Source: an uncultured Ruminococcus sp. (GTDB taxonomy: Bacteria; Bacillota; Clostridia; Oscillospirales; Acutalibacteraceae). Taken from it: a DNA stretch of 64,000 nt. The stretch's first letter is position 1. Every line of letters starts with the position of its first letter. The notes below the pieces were generated by a model. The model worked only from the letters and a program-made list of their open reading frames with translations. It did no database searches and was not told the origin of the DNA. Below are positions 31,037 through 41,558 of this stretch, one piece after another. The stretch covers positions 5,011-69,010 of the forward strand of contig CACZYC010000002.1 in the NCBI GenBank assembly GCA_902785365.1. The letters run 5' to 3'. A program made the position numbers and the translations under genes.

Positions 31037-31066
31037 ATTATACACTAAGTTAACATAAAATGTCAA
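31037..31066 (-). promoter_or_regulatory. SigA-type promoter of rpsU
   Basis: TTGACA, 18-bp spacer, TATAAT. Confidence 0.7.
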
Positions 31067-31109
31067 TACCTATCAAAAAATTAGTAAAAAAATACTAAAA
31101 ACTATTTTT

Positions 31110-33524
31110 TTAGGGTTTAACGACAATATTCACAATACGTCCCTTAACGTATATTTCTTTGACAATATTCATTCCGTCGATAGCTTTTGCCACGTTATCG
31201 TCCGCTTTAGCGAGAGCCAACACATCATCCTGCGCGGCGTCAACAGGAATGTTAAGCCTGGCTTTAATTTTACCGTTGACCTGAACCGCTATCTCGATTG
31301 TCTCCTCGACACACTTGCTTTCGTCGTACTCAGGCCAGCTCTGTTCGGCAAGAATTCCATCGCCAAGCGCGCAAGCTTCCCATACTTCTTCAGCAACATG
31401 AGGCGCAAAAGGACTAAGTAGAATAGCGAATATGCCAAGTTCCTTCTTTGAAATTGAACCGAAAGCGGTAACATCATTTATTAATGACATCAGCGCCGCG
31501 ATAGCAGTGTTGAACTTGATATTCTCAATATCCTCCCCTACCTTCTTGATAGCTTTATGGAAAGAGCTCTCAAGTTCGGGACGGATAGTATCGCCGTCAA
31601 CAAGAATGTTCTGCAAATTCCAGAAACGCTCTACAAATCTGCGGCAGCCTCTGATACTTGACGGGCTCCAGGGAGCGGCTTTCTCAAAATCCCCGATAAA
31701 CATCTCATACAGACGCATTGTATCAGCGCCGTATTCGTTCACGATATCGTCCGGGTTAACTACGTTGCCTCTTGACTTGGACATCTTCTCGCCGTTCTCT
31801 CCGAGAATCATACCGTGACTTGTACGCTTCGCGTAAGGCTCGGGAGTGGGAACAACTTTTATATCGTAAAGGAACTTATGCCAGAAACGACTGTAAAGCA
31901 AGTGGAGAGTTGTATGCTCCATACCTCCGTTATACCAATCGACAGGAGACCAGTATTCAAGAGCTTCTTTGGAAGCTAACGCTTCATTGTTGTGAGGATC
32001 CATATATCTGAGGAAATACCATGAAGAACCTGCCCACTGGGGCATAGTGTCGGTTTCTCTGACAGCGTCACCGCCGCAACAAGGACACTTGGTATTTATC
32101 CAGTCGGTCATTTTAGCGAGAGGAGACTCACCTGTATCTGTGGGCTCATAGGAATCAACCATGGGCAACTTCAACGGCAGCTCGCTTTCGTCAATCGGAA
32201 CATATCCGCACTTATCACAGTGAACAATCGGAATGGGCTCACCCCAGTAACGCTGACGCGAGAACACCCAGTCACGCAGTTTATAATTAACTTTCGCTCT
32301 GCCTATGCCGTTTTCCTCAAGCCATTCAATCATTTTCTTCTGAGCTTCCTCAACCGAAAGCCCGTTTATAAATCCTGAATTGACAAGTGTACCTGTAGCA
32401 CAATCCGTGAAAGCTTCTTTCTGAACGTCTTCTCCGCCCTCGACAACTTCGATAATGGGCAAATCAAACTTCTTTGCAAACTCCCAGTCACGGGTATCGT
32501 GAGCAGGAACAGCCATAATTGCGCCAGTGCCGTATGAAACAAGTACATAATCGGAAACAAAAATCGGAATCTGAGTATTATTGACAGGGTTGATTGCTTC
32601 TACACCGTCAAGGCGGATACCTGTCTTATCTTTAGCAACCTCGGTACGTTCAAAATCAGATTTTTTTGAAGCCTGAAGCTGATACTCTCTGACCTCGTCA
32701 ATATTTTTTAACTTGTCTGACCACTTCTCAATAAGCGGGTGTTCAGGAGAAATAACCATATAAGTCGCGCCGAACAAAGTGTCGCAACGGGTTGTATATA
32801 CCGTAAGTTTATCACCTGTGGTAGCCTTGAAATCAACCTCGGCACCTGTGGAACGTCCGATCCAATTTATCTGTTGAGCTTTTACTCTTGCTGGATAATC
32901 AACTAAATCAAGGTCGTTGATAAGTCTGTCGGCATAAGCCGTGATTTTAAGCATCCATTGTGATTTAACTTTGTGGATAACTTCACTTCCGCATCGCTCG
33001 CAAACGCCGTTTACTACCTCTTCGTTTGCGAGAACGCACTTACATGATGTACACCAGTTGACATTCATTTCCTTCTTATAAGCTAAATTATGCTTAAAGA
33101 GTTGGAGGAAAATCCACTGTGTCCACTTGTAATAATCAGGATCTGTGGTATTTATCTCACGGCTCCAGTCAAATGAGATCCCCAGTGACTGAATCTGCTT
33201 TCTAAAACGCTCTATATTGTTTTTAGTAACAATTTCAGGATGGATGTGATTCTTTATAGCGTAGTTCTCTGTGGGAAGCCCGAACGCGTCCCAACCGATA
33301 GGATAAAGAACGTTATATCCCTGCAAACGTCTTTTACGCGCGACAGTATCAAGAGCTGTATACGGGCGGGGATGTCCAACGTGGAGTCCCTGTCCCGAAG
33401 GATACGGAAATTCTATAAGAGCGTAAAATTTCTCCTTGTCCGAATCATTCGAAGCATGGAATACGCCTTTATCTTCCCATATTTTTTGCCATTTGGGTTC
33501 AACCGCTTTATGGTTGTACTTCAT
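31110..33524 (-). CDS. leuS: Leucyl-tRNA synthetase
   Basis: [28 protein letters not shown]. Confidence 0.98.
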   Translation of the reverse strand: MKYNHKAVEPKWQKIWEDKGVFHASNDSDKEKFYALIEFPYPSGQGLHVGHPRPYTALDTVARKRRLQGYNVLYPIGWDAFGLPTENYAIKNHIHPEIVTKNNIERFRKQIQSLGISFDWSREINTTDPDYYKWTQWIFLQLFKHNLAYKKEMNVNWCTSCKCVLANEEVVNGVCERCGSEVIHKVKSQWMLKITAYADRLINDLDLVDYPARVKAQQINWIGRSTGAEVDFKATTGDKLTVYTTRCDTLFGATYMVISPEHPLIEKWSDKLKNIDEVREYQLQASKKSDFERTEVAKDKTGIRLDGVEAINPVNNTQIPIFVSDYVLVSYGTGAIMAVPAHDTRDWEFAKKFDLPIIEVVEGGEDVQKEAFTDCATGTLVNSGFINGLSVEEAQKKMIEWLEENGIGRAKVNYKLRDWVFSRQRYWGEPIPIVHCDKCGYVPIDESELPLKLPMVDSYEPTDTGESPLAKMTDWINTKCPCCGGDAVRETDTMPQWAGSSWYFLRYMDPHNNEALASKEALEYWSPVDWYNGGMEHTTLHLLYSRFWHKFLYDIKVVPTPEPYAKRTSHGMILGENGEKMSKSRGNVVNPDDIVNEYGADTMRLYEMFIGDFEKAAPWSPSSIRGCRRFVERFWNLQNILVDGDTIRPELESSFHKAIKKVGEDIENIKFNTAIAALMSLINDVTAFGSISKKELGIFAILLSPFAPHVAEEVWEACALGDGILAEQSWPEYDESKCVEETIEIAVQVNGKIKARLNIPVDAAQDDVLALAKADDNVAKAIDGMNIVKEIYVKGRIVNIVVKP

Positions 33525-33540
33525 AAAATCACCTTCCGAC

Positions 33541-33897
33541 TTAATCTTTTAATATATCTGATAAATCCACTTCCTTGCCATCCTGCCAAAGGCGCTCAAG
33601 GTCATAGAAATTTCTCGCTTCCTCATTAAATACGTTAACTATCACATCAGAATAATCAAGCAAAATCCAACTGTTGGAGCGATGTCCCTCAATATGATTG
33701 ACGGCAACGCCCGCCTCATTCATCTTGAACTCCACTTCATCAGCCAGAGCTTTTACCTGCGTACTGCTGCGACCTGTGGCAAAAACCATATAGTCAGCCA
33801 GTACGGTTACGTCTGTGACTTCAATAATTTTAATATCCTGACCGAGCTTACTGTCAAGAATCTCGGCGATTTTTACAGCCTGTTCATAAGTCGTCAT
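33541..33897 (-). CDS. rsfS: Ribosome silencing factor RsfS (Iojap)
   Basis: [18 protein letters not shown]...WILLDY.DVIV; ATG 33897 coupled to the yqeK stop (TAATG). Confidence 0.93.
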   Translation of the reverse strand: MTTYEQAVKIAEILDSKLGQDIKIIEVTDVTVLADYMVFATGRSSTQVKALADEVEFKMNEAGVAVNHIEGHRSNSWILLDYSDVIVNVFNEEARNFYDLERLWQDGKEVDLSDILKD

Positions 33898-34478
33898 TAT
33901 AACAAACCTTTCTTTTCTAAACACATTATAACATCATTGTAGCAATCAAGCGCGTTGCTATGTATGGTCATTTTTCTTTTTGCCAAGTCGGTTATGGTAA
34001 ACTGCAAGCCAAAAAGCATTGCGTCTTCCAAACACTCAAAAGCTTTTTTACGCATTATATCCACACCGTCGTAATCTCTCTCGGCGGAAATGAAGTCTGC
34101 GACAAAAATAATCTTTTCGAGCAGAGACATCCCAGTTCTGCCGGTTGTATGATAACGAATAGCGTTCAGTATATCCGCATCGTCAATACCCAATATATCT
34201 CGGGAGTAAACACTACCGGCTATCGGATGCCAAAGCTTTGACGTACCTTTTTCAACAGCGTCAAGTATTATACCACCTTGGGTCATAATTTGCAACATTT
34301 CTTCCCTAGGGATTTCCTTGCAGCAGTCATGTAGAATTCCCGCAATCTCGGCTTTTTCCTCGTCAGCTCCATAATGACGGGCAAGCTCAACAGCCGACTC
34401 AGCGACATTAATGCTGTGAATATAACGCCTTTGCCCCATTCTTTCTTGAATAAGGGACAGATATTCAGACTTGATCAC
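33897..34478 (-). CDS. yqeK: YqeK HD-domain Ap4A hydrolase
   Basis: RYIHS, LHDCCKE, HTTG, FVADFI..R. Confidence 0.9.
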   Translation of the reverse strand: MIKSEYLSLIQERMGQRRYIHSINVAESAVELARHYGADEEKAEIAGILHDCCKEIPREEMLQIMTQGGIILDAVEKGTSKLWHPIAGSVYSRDILGIDDADILNAIRYHTTGRTGMSLLEKIIFVADFISAERDYDGVDIMRKKAFECLEDAMLFGLQFTITDLAKRKMTIHSNALDCYNDVIMCLEKKGLL

Positions 34479-34496
34479 ACTATCACGCCCTTTATA

Positions 34497-34799
34497 TTAT
34501 TTTTTTACTTTAGGCAGTTTAATAACAGGTTCGTCAGGATTAGGTCTGTAAAGCACAAACTTAGAGCCTATAACCTGTACACTGTCACAGTCAATCTTTT
34601 CGGAAATAATATCCGCGGCTTCACGGGGAGTTAACGGACAATTTTCGAGACATTTACCTTTTATAAGCTCGCGCGCAGTAAGAGCATCGTCCGCCTGCTT
34701 AATAATCTGCTCAGTCATTCCGCCTTTACCAATATAAAGAATTGTATCTATATTATTAGCCAAACTTCTCAGATACGCCCTCTGTTTACTATTTAACAT
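34497..34799 (-). CDS. yhbY: YhbY CRM-domain RNA-binding protein
   Basis: KQRAYLRSLA, IGKGG, ELIK, QVIG.KFVLYR. Confidence 0.93.
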   Translation of the reverse strand: MLNSKQRAYLRSLANNIDTILYIGKGGMTEQIIKQADDALTARELIKGKCLENCPLTPREAADIISEKIDCDSVQVIGSKFVLYRPNPDEPVIKLPKVKK

Positions 34800-35388
34800 T
34801 ATTATCCTCCAAATATTTAATTAGTTCATCTTTAAAAGCTCTAAGCGCCTTCCCCCTATGGCTGACTTCGTCTTTTTCTTCAGCTGTATAATATCCAAAG
34901 GATTTGCCCTCATAAAGGAAAATCGGGTCATAGCCAAAGCCGCCCGTGCCCTCAGGCTGCAAAGCGATTTCGCCATGGCAATAATCCTCGACCTGAATCA
35001 CTTTGCCGTTCGGAAAAACACAGGTAATCGCACAGGTGTAATGAGCATTACGGTCGCTTTTATCTTTCAATCTTTCCAAAATCAGCTCATTCTTATCGCT
35101 GTCAGTGGCGTTTTCGCCGCCGAAGCGTGCGGAATAAATTCCCGGCTCACCGTTTAACGCGTCAACGCAAATGCCCGAATCATCAGCGATTGCGGGCAAC
35201 CCCGACTTAGAGCAAGCCGCGTACGCTTTTATATATGAATTTTCTTTAAAGGTTTTGCCGTTTTCCTCAACGTCCGCAAGGGAAATACCTTCCTGCTTTG
35301 CCGTAACAGCGTTTATTCCCAACGGGTTGAGTATTCGTTCCAGCTCAACCAGCTTTTTGGGGTTATTTGTCGCGATAATATACTTCAT
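34789..35388 (-). CDS. rdgB: RdgB/HAM1 XTP/dITP diphosphatase
   Basis: ATNNPKK, ADDSG, PGIYSAR, GFGYDPIF, SHRGKA. Confidence 0.95.
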   Translation of the reverse strand: MKYIIATNNPKKLVELERILNPLGINAVTAKQEGISLADVEENGKTFKENSYIKAYAACSKSGLPAIADDSGICVDALNGEPGIYSARFGGENATDSDKNELILERLKDKSDRNAHYTCAITCVFPNGKVIQVEDYCHGEIALQPEGTGGFGYDPIFLYEGKSFGYYTAEEKDEVSHRGKALRAFKDELIKYLEDNNVK

Positions 35389-35391
35389 AAC

Positions 35392-36303
35392 TTAACTGAA
35401 ATCAAATAATGCTTTTGAGAATTCTTCAGGATCAAAGGGCTGCAAGTCATCAATCTGTTCGCCGACTCCGATGAATTTAACAGGAACATCAAGAGTATTT
35501 TTGATGGCAAGAATAATTCCGCCCTTAGCCGTACCGTCTAGTTTAGTCAGAACTATACCCGTAATACCTGTGGCTTCTTTGAAATGCTCAACCTGAGACA
35601 CAGCGTTCTGACCTGTGGTAGCATCCAAAACAAGGAGAATTTCCTTGTCTGCGTCAGGCAGTTCACGGTCGATAACTCTGTTAATCTTAGCAAGCTCGTC
35701 CATAAGATGTTTTTTGTTGTGAAGTCTTCCCGCAGTATCGGCTATAATAACATCCGTGCCTCTCGCTTTAGCGGCAGAGATAGAGTCATAAACAACAGCC
35801 GCGGGGTCACTGCCCTCATTCTGCTTAATAATATCGCATCCGCTTCGGTCGGCCCAAATCTGAAGCTGGTCGATAGCCGCTGCGCGGAATGTATCAGCAG
35901 CGGCAAGCAAAACCTTTTTACCGTCGTTTTTAAAACGATTAGCCATTTTTCCGATGGTTGTGGTTTTACCTACACCGTTTACTCCGATAACGAGAATAAC
36001 AGACGGCTTTGTATTGAGGTTAAGCTCCTGACCGCCTGTAAGCATCTCCGCTACAACCTCCTGAAGCAGGTTGCGGATTTCGGCAGGGTCGGTTGTACCT
36101 GTTTCCTTAACACGGACTTTAACCTTTTCGCATATATCTTCGGCTGTAGCCACACCGACATCGCCCATTACCAAAAGTTCTTCGAGTTCCTCAAAGAGTT
36201 CCTCGTCTATTTTGGTAAACGACTTCAGCATAGAATCAATCTGACCGATTACGCTGTCGCGGGTTTTTTTAAGACCGTCTTTAATTTTACTGAAAAGTCC
36301 CAT
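35392..36303 (-). CDS. ftsY: Signal recognition particle receptor FtsY
   Basis: [31 protein letters not shown]. Confidence 0.98.
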   Translation of the reverse strand: MGLFSKIKDGLKKTRDSVIGQIDSMLKSFTKIDEELFEELEELLVMGDVGVATAEDICEKVKVRVKETGTTDPAEIRNLLQEVVAEMLTGGQELNLNTKPSVILVIGVNGVGKTTTIGKMANRFKNDGKKVLLAAADTFRAAAIDQLQIWADRSGCDIIKQNEGSDPAAVVYDSISAAKARGTDVIIADTAGRLHNKKHLMDELAKINRVIDRELPDADKEILLVLDATTGQNAVSQVEHFKEATGITGIVLTKLDGTAKGGIILAIKNTLDVPVKFIGVGEQIDDLQPFDPEEFSKALFDFS

Positions 36304-36318
36304 ATATATCTTCCTTTG

Positions 36319-39300
36319 TTATATTCCTAGTTTCGCGGACACTTCGCTGACTCTGAGTTCAAGCAGCTTGGATACACCTTCGTCCTGCATAGTAACGCCG
36401 TAAAGCACATCGGCTTCTTCCATAGTACCACGTCTGTGTGTGATAAGGATAAACTGTGTCTTTGAGGTAAGATTACGAACATACTGAGCAAAGCGGTCAA
36501 CATTAACTTCGTCAAGAGCCGCTTCAATCTCATCCATTACACAGAACGGCGCGGGTCTTACTTTCATTATCGCGAAGTATAAAGCGATAGCGACAAGAGC
36601 TTTTTCGCCGCCTGAAAGAGCGTCGAGGTGAACAACAATTTTTCCGGGCGGATGAACGATAATATCGATTCCGCTTGTTAGAATATCCTCGGGATCGGTA
36701 AGCGAAAGTGAGGCTGTACCGCCGCCGAAAAGCTCCTTAAACGTAAATGTAAAGTTACGGTTAATCTCCTCAAACGCCTTTACGAACTCCTCCTGCATCT
36801 GCTTGGTAAGGTCGTTGATGAGTCGTTCAATCTCTTTCTTGGATTTCTCGACATCCTCAACCTGTTCACTCATAAACTCGTAACGCTCCGAAACTTCTTT
36901 GTATTCTTCTATAGCGCCGACGTTAACATTACCGAGATTACGGATTTTGGATTTAAGTTCGTTAAGCCTGCTTTTGGCTGTTGAAATATTCTCAATTTCA
37001 ATAGCCGAGTCCTCAGCCTCTTTCTTTGTGAGCTGGTATTCTTCCCAAAGCTTTGAAATTATATTATCATACTCTTTCTGAAGGTTAATTTTTCGTTCTT
37101 CAAGTCTTGCCAGCTCTCTGCCCGCTACTTCACGTTCGCTTGTTTTATCTTTTTCTATCTGTCTTAGTTCAACGGAACGCTTTTCGAGGTCGTTCTTTTT
37201 GTTATTGATAGACTCAATATCGGCGTTTAGATTTTTAATCTTGTTATCGAGTTCGGCAATATTAAGATTAAGTCCGTCAATACGCTGTTCAGCATCCGTA
37301 ATGAAATAGTTGTACTGCTCAATATCAGCGCGAATCTGAGCCTTGCGATTTTCTCTGCCTTCCTCTGAGGACAAGGCAAAGGAAATCTCGGAATCAAGAG
37401 TTTCTATATCCTTCTTGGCTGTGACAATTTCCAGACGGATATTTTGTAAGCTCTCGGACATTTCCTCACGCTGCTGAGTAAGCTTGGAGCGGCTGCCTGT
37501 TATATCCTCAATCAGCGCTTCATATTCGGAAATAGCGTTATTGATATCATCAAGACTGCTCTTTGCTTTGTGCTCCTCTACTTTATAGCTTTCTATTCTT
37601 GTCTTGCAGGACTCAACCTCTGAGGCGGCGTTATCAATCGCTGATTTCTGATTATTCAAATCATTCTCGCAAGCCTTAGACTCGGTAAGAATTCTGATTT
37701 GTTCTTGCTTTGTATTTGATAAGTCTGCTCGCGTGGCAAGGATATCCGCCTCAATAGCAGTGTATTCCTCGATAGCCTTCTGTGAAAGCTTTGCGGCTTC
37801 CTCTGCCTTCTTTTGGAGCTGTTCGGCTTTCTTTTTAGTCTTTTCAATTTCACCGGCGCGGGAAAGTAATCCCGATTTTTTGCCAAGAGAACCGCCTGTA
37901 AGAGAACCGCCCGCATTTACAACCTGCCCGTCAAGTGTTACAACCTTAAATCGATAGGAATACTTCTTGGCAATAGACGCTGCGCTGTTGATATCCTCGG
38001 CTATTACAATTCTTCCGAGTAATGATTTCAAAACATTGTTATACTCCGCTTTACAATCACATAAATCTGACGCTATGCCTATAAAACCGTAACAATCATC
38101 CAGTCCTTTTTCGTTGAGCGCCTTGGGTTTAATTGTATTTACAGGTAAGAACGTGGCGCGTCCGCCGTCATTTTTCTTAAGATAAGATATAGCGGCTTTA
38201 GCGTCCTGTTCGGTGGCGGTTACAATGTTCTGCATTGCGGCTCCGAGAGCGATCTCGATAGCAACAGTATACTCGTCGGGTACTTTTATAATCCTTGAAA
38301 CAGGACCTCTTATGCCCTTTAATCTGCCTTCGCGGTAGCTCTTCATTACGTTCTTTACAGAATAAGAAAAGCCCTCAAGATTTCGCTCCAAATCCTCAAG
38401 CAGCTTTACTCTCCTGAGCGCTTCCTGAGCGTCAAGGTTAAGAGTATCCGCCTGAGCTTTTAAGTCGTCACGCTTTTTTTGCCTGGACTCAAGCTTGATT
38501 TCAAGCCCTTTTAGGGAATTGGAATATGAATCAACTTTATCATTGACATCATCAAGCTGACGTTTAAAATCCTCAAATATTTCAAGAGTAGTGTTATACT
38601 GCTCCTGCCTTGCGTTGTTATTGCTTAATATATCCTCAATTCTGGACTGTAACTCATTGACAGAAGTAACGCTGGTCATCATAGTGACTCGGGCGTCAGC
38701 AGATTGAGCGGTAAGTTCGGCAAGCGTTGCGCTGAGTTCCTGAAGCTTATCGCCGCTGCGGCTTGAGTCGGTATTTACTACATTGAGTTTGTCAGAAGTA
38801 TCATCGTACTCGTTCTGTTTTTCTTCAATAAGTTTTTTCAGCTCTTCTATTTTAGCTTTTTTAGCGTCAATGCTGTTCAGCGCGTCCTCAGCATCATCGT
38901 CAACCTTTTGTATCTCATCTTCAAGACGTTTTATATTTTCCTGATTATGTAAAATATCATTCTCGGCAACAGATACGGAGGATTTCTTTGAACTGATTTC
39001 AGCTTGAATATTTGTTATTTCCTCGCGAATAGATTCAATTTTTGTGGAATACTCAGCGCTTTCAACATAGTTCCTCTCGGTTTCAAGCTGGATATTGTCA
39101 AGTTCCTTATCGGCGTTCTCGTGCTGAATACGGAAAATATCAAGCTTGTCCTCTTCCTCTTTGAGCACTTTGTTGCTGTTGTTGAGCGTATTAACCCAAA
39201 GGGCTATTTCGATATCTTTCTTTTCGCCCGAATACTCAAGGAATTTTTCAGCTTTCTGCGACTGGGATTTAAGAGGTCCGACACGCTCCTCAAGCTCTGT

Positions 39301-39885
39301 TACGATATCTCTGAGTCTGAAAAGATTATCCTCGGTATGCTTTAGCTTTCGCTCTGCCTCCAGTTTTTTATATCTATATCTGGAAATACCCGCGGCTTCC
39401 TCGAAAATTTCGCGTCTGTCCTCACTTTTGGAGGAAACTATACTGTCTATTTTGCCCTGACCGATCATAGAGTAACCGTCACGGCCGAGACCTGTATCCA
39501 TAAATAGCTCGTTAACATCCTTCAGACGAACCTGAGCTCCGTTTATGAGATACTCGCTGTCACCGCTTCGATAATAACGGCGTGTAACGGCAACATCGTC
39601 ACCGTTATATTGCAGAAATCTGTCTTTATTGTCAATATTAAGGGTAACCTCGGCGTACCCCTGAGCTTTTCTGTCGTCGGTTCCGTTGAATACAACATCT
39701 TCCATTTTTGAGCAACGCAAACTCTTGGGTGATTGCTCGCCAAGCACCCATCGTATAGCGTCACTGATATTACTCTTACCCGAACCGTTAGGTCCGACTA
39801 CCGAGGTCATACCTGTGTCAAATGATAATTTAGTTTTATCCGGGAATGTTTTAAAGCCTTGAATTTCAAGGGATTTTAACAGCAT
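36319..39885 (-). CDS. smc: Chromosome segregation protein SMC
   Basis: GPNGSGKSN, coiled coils, hinge, LSGGEK, DEIEAALD. Confidence 0.98.
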   Translation of the reverse strand: MLLKSLEIQGFKTFPDKTKLSFDTGMTSVVGPNGSGKSNISDAIRWVLGEQSPKSLRCSKMEDVVFNGTDDRKAQGYAEVTLNIDNKDRFLQYNGDDVAVTRRYYRSGDSEYLINGAQVRLKDVNELFMDTGLGRDGYSMIGQGKIDSIVSSKSEDRREIFEEAAGISRYRYKKLEAERKLKHTEDNLFRLRDIVTELEERVGPLKSQSQKAEKFLEYSGEKKDIEIALWVNTLNNSNKVLKEEEDKLDIFRIQHENADKELDNIQLETERNYVESAEYSTKIESIREEITNIQAEISSKKSSVSVAENDILHNQENIKRLEDEIQKVDDDAEDALNSIDAKKAKIEELKKLIEEKQNEYDDTSDKLNVVNTDSSRSGDKLQELSATLAELTAQSADARVTMMTSVTSVNELQSRIEDILSNNNARQEQYNTTLEIFEDFKRQLDDVNDKVDSYSNSLKGLEIKLESRQKKRDDLKAQADTLNLDAQEALRRVKLLEDLERNLEGFSYSVKNVMKSYREGRLKGIRGPVSRIIKVPDEYTVAIEIALGAAMQNIVTATEQDAKAAISYLKKNDGGRATFLPVNTIKPKALNEKGLDDCYGFIGIASDLCDCKAEYNNVLKSLLGRIVIAEDINSAASIAKKYSYRFKVVTLDGQVVNAGGSLTGGSLGKKSGLLSRAGEIEKTKKKAEQLQKKAEEAAKLSQKAIEEYTAIEADILATRADLSNTKQEQIRILTESKACENDLNNQKSAIDNAASEVESCKTRIESYKVEEHKAKSSLDDINNAISEYEALIEDITGSRSKLTQQREEMSESLQNIRLEIVTAKKDIETLDSEISFALSSEEGRENRKAQIRADIEQYNYFITDAEQRIDGLNLNIAELDNKIKNLNADIESINNKKNDLEKRSVELRQIEKDKTSEREVAGRELARLEERKINLQKEYDNIISKLWEEYQLTKKEAEDSAIEIENISTAKSRLNELKSKIRNLGNVNVGAIEEYKEVSERYEFMSEQVEDVEKSKKEIERLINDLTKQMQEEFVKAFEEINRNFTFTFKELFGGGTASLSLTDPEDILTSGIDIIVHPPGKIVVHLDALSGGEKALVAIALYFAIMKVRPAPFCVMDEIEAALDEVNVDRFAQYVRNLTSKTQFILITHRRGTMEEADVLYGVTMQDEGVSKLLELRVSEVSAKLGI

Positions 39886-39889
39886 TTAA

Positions 39890-40885
39890 TCACCTGTTAT
39901 CTTTTACTGATAAATCGTATTTTTTAAAATTTTTATCTCTCTCAACCTTCACTTTATATCCCATATCCGTTAATTTATTGAGATTAGACTTGTTCTGACC
40001 AATCATTTTTGAAACAGAAGAAGGATTAACAGTTACTATTATATCTTTAGAGTTCACATTAATAATGCTTTTTAAGATTTTATTCAAAAAAATTTTATTC
40101 TCGCAAAGTTCTTTGAACGCCGGGTGGTAATTCCCGCCGATGCTGCCTTCAATAAGACTGTCACTGTAATGAAGCCCGACACGTATGATATCAATGTTGT
40201 TTTCATAAAAGAATTCAATGATTTGAGCGCAAAGCTCCACTGACTCATCAAGAGTGTACGGAGTATATTCTTTATTTAAATACAAGTCCGCAAGATCGGT
40301 ATCCTTCATTATAACAGTAGGATAAATTCTTACACAATCGGGAGAAAGCTTCACAAACTCATCAGCGGTATACATATCGCTCTCAAAATCCGCTTTATAT
40401 AATCCCGTCATCATCTGCAATCCGAGACTGAAACCGTATTGTTTAATAAGTCTTGACACGTCTTTTACATCTTGCGCGCTGTGTCCTCTATTGTTAGACG
40501 CTAAGACAAAGTCATCCATAGACTGCGCGCCCAGCTCTATTGTAGTTACACCGTAATCTTTGAGAATTGTAAGAATTTCATCATCGATATAATCGGGGCG
40601 GGTGGACAATCTGATACCTTTGAAATTTGACACATAAGGTTTTACGGCATCTAAAAGAGAAATCATATATCCCCTGTCAATAGCTGTAAAACTGCCGCCG
40701 AAGAAAGCAATCTCGCAGTTGTGACTGTCACTGCCTAAATCAACCAGAGCCTTTTCTACTGTTAACCTTACATCCTCGGGAGAAGGCTGTTTGGTCTGAC
40801 CCGTGATGCGTTTTTGATTACAGAAAGAACATTGATGAGGGCAGCCGTTATGCGGAATAAACAGCGCTACATTACCATGTTTAAT
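39890..40885 (-). CDS. Elp3-like radical SAM protein without acetyltransferase domain; probable ATT start
   Basis: The frame is open 73 codons upstream of the track start (40666) and reads IKHGNVALFIPHNGCPHQCSFCNQ (CxxxCxxC), then FFGGSF, STRPD, ELGAQS. Confidence 0.85.
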   Translation of the reverse strand: MKHGNVALFIPHNGCPHQCSFCNQKRITGQTKQPSPEDVRLTVEKALVDLGSDSHNCEIAFFGGSFTAIDRGYMISLLDAVKPYVSNFKGIRLSTRPDYIDDEILTILKDYGVTTIELGAQSMDDFVLASNNRGHSAQDVKDVSRLIKQYGFSLGLQMMTGLYKADFESDMYTADEFVKLSPDCVRIYPTVIMKDTDLADLYLNKEYTPYTLDESVELCAQIIEFFYENNIDIIRVGLHYSDSLIEGSIGGNYHPAFKELCENKIFLNKILKSIINVNSKDIIVTVNPSSVSKMIGQNKSNLNKLTDMGYKVKVERDKNFKKYDLSVKDNR

Positions 40886-41558
40886 AACCCATCAACTCCA
40901 AAGCTTCTCTTGCCGCGTTCTGCTCGGCTTCTTTCTTGCTTCTTCCGCCGCCTTTGCCTATAACATTACTGTTGAGGTGAACCTCAAAAACAAAGTGTTT
41001 ATTATGGTCGGGGCCGCTCTCGGAAGTAAGAATGTACTCTATCTTTTCACCCGGATTCTTTTGTACAATCTCCTGCAAAGTGGTTTTATAATCCTTAAAA
41101 GGCTTCTGGCTCTGATTTTTAATCTCGGGAATCACAAATCTTAAAATATGTTTTTTAGCGGGCTCCATACCGCCGTCCAAATAAATCGCGGCTATAACAG
41201 CTTCAAAAGCATCCGCGACAATCGACGGTCTTTCGGCTCCGCCCCCGTTCTTCTCACCCTTGCTAAGATACAAAAAACTGCCGAGTTTAATCATCTTGCC
41301 AAACTTAAAAAGCGCCTTTTCGCAAACAAGAGCAGAACGAAGCTTTGTAAGTTCACCCTCGGGTAAATCAGGGCAATTGGCATAGATATAATCAGCGACA
41401 ACAATAGAAAGCACAGCGTCGCCCAAAAATTCCAGACGTTCGTTATGCTTTATATTGCTGCCTCTGTGCTCGTTGGCGTAAGACGAATGTGTAAGAGCCT
41501 GTTGAAGCAGTTTTTTATTTGAAAAATTATAGTCAATAAGCTTTTCTAATTCTTTCAT
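40881..41558 (-). CDS. rnc: Ribonuclease III
   Basis: ALTHSS, ERLEFLGDAVL, ADAFEA, dsRBD KTTLQE...SKKEAEQNAA. Confidence 0.98.
   Translation of the reverse strand: MKELEKLIDYNFSNKKLLQQALTHSSYANEHRGSNIKHNERLEFLGDAVLSIVVADYIYANCPDLPEGELTKLRSALVCEKALFKFGKMIKLGSFLYLSKGEKNGGGAERPSIVADAFEAVIAAIYLDGGMEPAKKHILRFVIPEIKNQSQKPFKDYKTTLQEIVQKNPGEKIEYILTSESGPDHNKHFVFEVHLNSNVIGKGGGRSKKEAEQNAAREALELMGY

Noticed and set aside
35584-36330. 248-aa plus-strand ORF
   Set aside because: Exactly antisense to ftsY, with no SD or recognisable motif; a shadow ORF from codon bias
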